From NCBI GenBank assembly GCA_963785305.1, contig CAWAUV010000008.1:1056001-1120000 (forward strand): 64,000 bases of DNA, written 5' to 3'. The notes below the pieces were generated by a model. It did no database searches, was not told the DNA's origin, and was given only the letters and a program-made list of their open reading frames with translations. Source of the stretch: an uncultured Planctomycetaceae bacterium. Its GTDB lineage: Bacteria; Planctomycetota; Planctomycetia; Pirellulales; PALSA-1355. Below, piece after piece: positions 58,993 through 64,000 of this stretch. The position numbers and the translations under genes were made by a program. How positions within the stretch are numbered: the stretch's first letter is position 1; each line of letters opens with the position of its first letter.

Positions 58993-60151
58993 TGATCCCT
59001 CTCGAACAACTCGCATCGCTGGCCCAGGAACATGGCACGCCGCTGTTTGTCGTCGACCACGAAGCGCTGCGCCGCAACTACGCCACCTTCAAACAGCATC
59101 TGCCCCGGGTGCAAGCCTACTACGCGGTGAAGGCGAATTCCGATCCGCGAATCGTGAAGACCTTTTACGAAGCCGGGGCAAGCATGGACGTGGCCTCGAT
59201 GGCCGAATTTCACTTGGCCTACGACAACATCAAGTCGCTGCCCGAATCCGAGCGGCAGGCGTTTGTTTGGGACAAGATCATCTACGCCAATCCGATCAAG
59301 GACAACGCCACGCTCATCGAGCTGAATCCCTACAAGCCGCTGGTCACCTACGACAACCTGGCCGAGATTCAAAAGCTGCGCAATACGCGCCCCAGGCCGG
59401 CTTGATCTTGCGGGTCCGTGTGCCGAATACCGGCGCCGTGGTCGAGTTATCGAGCAAGTTCGGCGCCTCGTCGGCCGAAGCGGTCGACCTGATCGCCGCC
59501 GCGTTCGACGCGGGCCTCACGGTCGAGGGGCTCAGTTTTCACGTCGGCAGCCAGTGCGGCAACTTCGCCAACTATGTGCAGGCGCTCCACCTCTCGGCCC
59601 ACATCTTCGAGGAAGCCCATAGCCGGGGCTATCCGCAGGTGAAGATTCTGGACATCGGCGGTGGATTTCCCGCGCCCTACGATCAGCATGTGCGCCCCTT
59701 CGAAGAGCTGGCCGCGCTGCTCAACGCCGAGTTCGACGCGCTCTTTCCGGCCGACATGGAAATTCTGGCCGAGCCGGGCCGGTTCCTCGTCGCCTCGGCC
59801 GCCACGAGCGTGGCCACGGTCATCGGTAAAGCCACACGCGACGGCAAGCCGTGTTACTACATCAACGATGGCGTGTATCACACCTACTCGGGCGTGATCT
59901 TCGACCACATTCACTACCCGGTGCATGCTTTTCGCGAAGGCCCGTTGAAGGTGAGCGCGGTGTTTGGCCCCACCTGCGACGCGCTCGACACGATCTCGCT
60001 TTCGGAGCAATTGCCCGACATGGAATTGGGCGACCTGGTCTATAGCCGCAACATGGGCGCATATACGCATGCGTCGTCGACGTATTTCAACGGTTTCCCG
60101 CCTTCGAAAGTCGTGCATTTGAACCTGACGCCGGCGGCTGTCGCGGGCTAA
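58992..60151 (+). CDS. Fold-type III PLP ornithine (or Orn/Lys) decarboxylase, frameshifted near 59383
   Basis: YAVKAN, FHVGSQC, DIGGGF, EPGRF, GPTCD and GAY motifs; start overlaps the hss stop. Confidence 0.9.
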
Positions 60152-60158
60152 CTGCCGG

Positions 60159-60187
60159 TTGACAATTTCGCGGCGCTGGGTTATCCA
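60159..60187 (+). promoter_or_regulatory. Possible sigma70 promoter for tRNA-Glu
   Basis: Perfect TTGACA at 60159 with a weak -10 (TATCCA) after 17 bp. Confidence 0.4.
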
Positions 60188-60238
60188 TAAAAGCCTACCG
60201 CTGGCGCGGCGCGATTCGCGTGCCTCGCGCGGTTCCAT

Positions 60239-60311
60239 GCCCCCATCGTCTAGTGGCCCAGGACGTCGGGTTCTCAGTCCGAAAACCGGGGTTCGACTCC
60301 CCGTGGGGGTA
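60239..60311 (+). tRNA. tRNA-Glu (anticodon CTC), CCA not encoded
   Basis: GCCCCCA/TGGGGGT acceptor stem, TCGGG-TTCTCAG-TCCGA anticodon arm and GGTTCGACTCC T-arm. Confidence 0.95.
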
Positions 60312-60326
60312 GTGAACAAGTTTGCA

Positions 60327-61562
60327 CTAGGTCGCAAGGGACCGCAAGGCCCGGAAATTCCGGGCCTTTTTCATGCGCTGACACTTTGGCCGGTAACGCC
60401 ATGCGAGCCAGTTCGGCAGTGTTCTGCACCGGATTCTGCACGCTTTTTCGGCCGTCGCTTTATTGAAGTCGGCGTCTGTCACTTGGAGGTAATGCCGGGC
60501 CGCAATCAGCGCCGAGTTGCCGATCCAGGCGACGACGACGTGCAGGGGGTGGCTATGGGTCAACTCGGTTTCGCGGCTGGCCCGCATGTTCTGGAACGGT
60601 CGCGGCCACATATTCAAGCCGGCCCGATCGACAATCCGCCCAAACTGGGTTCGTAGGTTGATGCCACTGTCGCCGCTGTTGGGGATGACGAATTCGGTCC
60701 CCGGTTCGGCATCATCGAAAGCCTGCTCCAAATACGGGCGCAGTTCCGGGAATAGGGGAATCATGCGACTCGCCCCGCCTTCGTGGTGCTCGGTTTTGGG
60801 GCTCGTGATCTTGATTCGGCCGCCCGCCCAATCAACGTCGCCCCAGCGGAGCGAATATGTTTCCGACGGCGTTCTGAGCCCTCCGTAGCGAGCCAGGGCT
60901 ACGATCAGCCGCCATTTCGCATTCGGACAGGCCGCGATGATCTTGGCCGTGGCCTCCTGCGTGACGAAAAACTCTTGGCTTTTGTTCACCTGTGCCGCCG
61001 CCTTCACGTCCGCGAATGGATTGTCGGGAATCAGCTTTTTGCGAACGGCAGCCCGGAAGAATTGTTTTGCTCGCTTGACGTTCCGGCCGATCGTCGCCGG
61101 CGCCTGTCCGCGGCGGACTTCGTTGGAATGCCAGTCGTCGCAATCGCCGGGCGTCACGTCCGCAAGCCGCCGTTCCTTGCCGAAGAAATCGACCAGGATT
61201 CGTTCGGTCTGGCGGTAGTTCTTGAGCGTGTTCGGCTTCATGTTCGGACGTCCGCCAATGTATTCGCCGACGAACGCGGCCAGCGTGACCGATTGGGCCA
61301 CCGTGAGCCCGCGGCGCGGCGTCAATCCCGCCTTGGCCAGCTTTTTCGCCAGGGTGTCGCCGATGGTCGTCAGCCAATGCGATGTTTCATCGTCCACCGG
61401 ATGCCCTGCAATCTGCGCCGCGTTCAATTGCTCGACGCGAAACTTGAACTTCAGCGCATTGCGCCGACTCGCCTTGCCGATGCGGATGCTACGGCGCTTG
61501 CCATCGCCGCCGACAAACTGGATTATTCGCCGGCCTTCGGCGTCTTTTGAGATACTTGCCAT
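60327..61562 (-). CDS. Tyrosine recombinase/phage integrase
   Basis: Arm-binding N-terminus (DGKRRSIRIG), SAM-like domain, GLRTPSE (R), SPKT (K), FQNMRASR, WIGNS and RHY (Y). Confidence 0.93.
   Translation of the reverse strand: MASISKDAEGRRIIQFVGGDGKRRSIRIGKASRRNALKFKFRVEQLNAAQIAGHPVDDETSHWLTTIGDTLAKKLAKAGLTPRRGLTVAQSVTLAAFVGEYIGGRPNMKPNTLKNYRQTERILVDFFGKERRLADVTPGDCDDWHSNEVRRGQAPATIGRNVKRAKQFFRAAVRKKLIPDNPFADVKAAAQVNKSQEFFVTQEATAKIIAACPNAKWRLIVALARYGGLRTPSETYSLRWGDVDWAGGRIKITSPKTEHHEGGASRMIPLFPELRPYLEQAFDDAEPGTEFVIPNSGDSGINLRTQFGRIVDRAGLNMWPRPFQNMRASRETELTHSHPLHVVVAWIGNSALIAARHYLQVTDADFNKATAEKACRIRCRTLPNWLAWRYRPKCQRMKKARNFRALRSLAT
60346..60371 (+). terminator. Intrinsic terminator after tRNA-Glu
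   Basis: AAGGCCCGGAA-A-TTCCGGGCCTT followed by T residues. Confidence 0.7.
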
Positions 61563-61687
61563 GCCGATCGGTCCCTTTCGTAAATTTTAGGCCCCAGATT
61601 CGCGTCTACGGGCTTCGGATGGTCGGTCGTGAGTGTTGAGCCGCGTGTCAGTCCGATGCGTTAAATCGCGTGCTAGGCGTTCGCTGC

Positions 61688-61873
61688 TCATTTGCCTTTA
61701 GACTTCGCAGCGGCAGCCGCAAGTAGAATCCCGCGAGCCCACGTCGATGGCGCTGGCTGGCCCGCGGCTTTGATAATCGCCGCCTCGCCGGCAGTTACCC
61801 GAATTAGAAAATGTGTCTCGCGCCGGTCGGCGGCGGCTTTGGGCGGTCGGCCCATGCGCGGCTTTGCGGCCAT
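61688..61873 (-). CDS. Small basic DNA-binding protein (ribbon-helix-helix-like)
   Basis: MGRPPK, alternating strand FLIRVT, helix and STWAR-x-ILL. Confidence 0.6.
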   Translation of the reverse strand: MAAKPRMGRPPKAAADRRETHFLIRVTAGEAAIIKAAGQPAPSTWARGILLAAAAAKSKGK

Positions 61874-61905
61874 TTTTGTGCGGCGTTGTTTTCCCATGAA
61901 CATAT

Positions 61906-62610
61906 CGTATAGCGGAAAAGCTATCACGCAAGGGCTGGCGGCGCCGTTTTGCAAGCCGCTGGCGAAAACGTCGAAAACCCCCGGTGTTTCTTGCGGTTGC
62001 ATCGTGCAACCGCAAGTTCCCCTAAAGGGGAAACCACTGGGCAACGGTTACCAGTGAGCCCCGCGAAAAGTGTCTCATCGTGGGACACTTTCAAGCCGGG
62101 CCTGCCCGCCCTTGCCTATCTTTACTTCACTTGCAGTTCTGCAAGTGGAGTGCTGGCGGCGTTCATTTTCTTGGCATCGCGCTTCGGAACAGGTGAATAC
62201 GTTTTCGTATTCACCTGTTCTTTGCCGCGCCGGCCGGCTGGATTCGGAGATTCTCCGGCTTTGAATTGGGTAGCCTTTTGCCGCTCGGCTTTCTCCGCGG
62301 CGATCAGCGGCAGAGCCTCGCCGGTCCACTTGTCGAAAATCAAGTGAGATCGCGACCTGGCCAACGGTGCTAGCCACGTGCATTTTCTTGGCGTCGCGCT
62401 TCGGAACAGGTGGACCTGTTTTCGGGTCCACCTGTTCTTTGCTCCCATTCGCGCCCTCGCGTGAGGCTCGCCGATGGGGGGTTAGCCTCAGTTGAGGCTA
62501 GGGTCCACTCGTCGAAACGCAAGTCAAAGCCGCTCGTGGTCTGCTACCAGTCCGCTCCCATCGGGCTACCATCGTCTGCGACCAGAGGTAAACCCGCGGG
62601 TTCCGCTCTG
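61906..62610. repeat. Array of about ten distinct palindromes including a 76-bp imperfect direct repeat
   Basis: Palindromes at 61906-61928, 61990-62016, 62017-62032, 62035-62056, 62067-62091, 62124-62151, 62187-62220, 62327-62346, 62404-62437, 62483-62500 and 62583-62610; direct repeat 62150-62225 versus 62367-62442. Confidence 0.85.
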
Positions 62611-62627
62611 CCATGCCGCGCGAATTG

Positions 62628-62951
62628 TCAAAGACCTTTCGCTGCGAACCGCCGCCCGGCGCCGCGGAAGCGCTCGCTGGCCGTGACGCTAGTTTCCATA
62701 AACGTCACGCGGTTCCGATGCCGGCTTGCGGTGAGTTGTTCGATCAGGTCGGCCGCGCCCTGCCACGTTAAGAATCTTGCCCGCGTTTGCAAGTCGGCCA
62801 GCGATAGCCCGGTGACGTAGCGGAGATGGGTTTCGAGCTTGGCGGGCGCCATCGGGTCGGCCAGCAGCAGCGCGCCGGCGGCCTCGGCGGGCGTTGCGCC
62901 CTTGGCGACCAGCACGGCGGCTACGATAGTTTGTTCGGCGAGTTGAACCAT
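62628..62951 (-). CDS. Hypothetical protein of the integrated element
   Basis: 107-aa ATG ORF co-oriented with the protease and integrase; no motif recognised. Confidence 0.4.
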   Translation of the reverse strand: MVQLAEQTIVAAVLVAKGATPAEAAGALLLADPMAPAKLETHLRYVTGLSLADLQTRARFLTWQGAADLIEQLTASRHRNRVTFMETSVTASERFRGAGRRFAAKGL

Positions 62952-63114
62952 GTTCGGCCCGATTCTAAAACCCGCCGGCCGCCGCGGAAGCGAAAACCGC
63001 AGCGACCGACGGGACCGGAGGCGGCGACAAGCCGCACATTCGATGTTTCAAAAACCCGGCGCCGACCAAAGGATCGACGCGCCGGGCCGCAGTCACCACC
63101 CGCGGGAACTTTTG

Positions 63115-64000
63115 TTAGCGGCTGCCGGACAGCTCAAGCAGCCGCAATTTGGATCGAAGGGTGAACAATTCGTCCTGCCACGCCAGACGCGGCGCGGACG
63201 ATTCCAGTTCAAGCAAGCGCCGACGCGCGAACGTCATTGCCTCATCTTCCAGCGAAATGGAACGCTCGCCGGCCAAGTGTTTCGTGACCGCGTGGTGCGC
63301 GCCAGCCAGGGCAATCGCCTTCAATTTGTTCGCGTTGGTTCCCGTTTGCTTGGCTTTGGCAATCGCTTCCGCGGCGTGTTGGCCGGCAAGTGCATGGCCG
63401 GCGTGAACCGCGGCGGTGACAGCGGCGTGAACGGTGCCTTTGGCCAAAGCGCGCTGGAGCACGCCAAGGCGGGCAGCATCGCGTTGGCCGGCGGCGTGGG
63501 CAATCGTCTTGACGCCGCTGGCGAATTTTCCATCGCTGGCGTGGTTTGGATTAAAACGAAAATCCGCGTCGACGATGTCCGTGTCGTCGTCGATCAATTC
63601 GGCGTCGAGCGAACGAACGTCGATCGTGCAAGTGCTGCCGCGATAGGCCGGCTCGCTCACGGGCGACACGTCGAGCAAGTCGATCTTGCGCAGCTCACGC
63701 AGCGCACCGCCTTGCCCATCGCGCGACCACGATTGGCCGTCCGGGCCGGCAACGCGGAAGCCGAAGGATGAATGGCGGATGTCGCCACGGTCGATCGACG
63801 CCAGCATATCGCGAGCGTATGACGTGTCCGGGAGATCGCAATCCCATCGCAAGCCCCGCACGGTGTCGGCAAGTCGTAGCGTGCCGCTCGTCGTGCTGCC
63901 CAGCGGCATGGATCGCTCGTGGTTGACGTAGCATCGCACTTCGGCGCCGCGCTTCAGGCAGTCCGTCACGGCGCCGAACTTGACGACTTCCTTCGCGCCT
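63115..64000 (-). CDS. HK97-family phage prohead protease with a C-terminal extension (5' end outside window)
   Basis: VNH...PLG, GTLRL-x-D...GL, LPDTSYARD, RGD...SFGF and L-x-DVSPV..PAY motifs. Confidence 0.9.
   Translation of the reverse strand, partial: GAKEVVKFGAVTDCLKRGAEVRCYVNHERSMPLGSTTSGTLRLADTVRGLRWDCDLPDTSYARDMLASIDRGDIRHSSFGFRVAGPDGQSWSRDGQGGALRELRKIDLLDVSPVSEPAYRGSTCTIDVRSLDAELIDDDTDIVDADFRFNPNHASDGKFASGVKTIAHAAGQRDAARLGVLQRALAKGTVHAAVTAAVHAGHALAGQHAAEAIAKAKQTGTNANKLKAIALAGAHHAVTKHLAGERSISLEDEAMTFARRRLLELESSAPRLAWQDELFTLRSKLRLLELSGSR

Larger units (their letters stand above)
60312..64000. mobile_element. Left part of an integrated prophage or phage-satellite-like element at tRNA-Glu (continues beyond the window)
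   Basis: Tyrosine integrase abutting the tRNA 3' end plus an HK97-type prohead protease; the second att site is not in the window. Confidence 0.8.

Noticed and set aside
62150..62442. 76-bp imperfect direct repeat as a diversity-generating retroelement TR/VR pair
   Set aside because: Mismatches are not confined to adenines on either strand, they are compensatory within a hairpin, and no reverse transcriptase is in the window.
61906..62610. CRISPR or TIGR-type array
   Set aside because: No constant repeat with regular spacers, no box C/D-like periodicity seen and no cas or tas genes visible.

Overview
This is a GC-rich chromosomal window from a Planctomycete, probably Pirellulales. The assignment rests on DUF1559, DUF1501, DUF1549/DUF1553, planctomycete dockerin-like surface proteins and H4MPT-pathway genes. 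About 18 otherwise normal genes, including aroC and pabB, are split by 1-2 bp frameshifts, which most likely reflect long-read consensus errors. From left to right the window holds: the trpA 3' end; a sulfotransferase and an LPS heptosyltransferase; a pterin/pABA/H4MPT cluster (atypical SDR, Orf20-like gene, pabB, pabA, DUF447-MptG fusion, NUDIX); a degraded HEPN two-gene cassette; an HTH-acidic-TM protein, OmpA and a system II cytochrome c biogenesis locus; aroC; two very large secreted dockerin/Calx-beta/metzincin proteins (about 4060 and 1249 aa); folE; a prenyltransferase-repeat protein; DUF1501/DUF1549; DUF1559; and an hss plus ornithine decarboxylase operon. From tRNA-Glu(CTC) to the window end lies an integrated phage- or satellite-like element with an integrase, a small DNA-binding protein and a prohead protease. 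The strongest candidate for an undescribed system is inside that element: a 0.7 kb mostly non-coding array of about ten different palindromes. It includes two copies of an apparently captured gene fragment whose 15-bp hairpins differ by compensatory changes. Three families of small intergenic repeats (MITE-like, REP-like and phased CACGGAA) are also present. All assignments come from reading motifs by eye; no searches were run.
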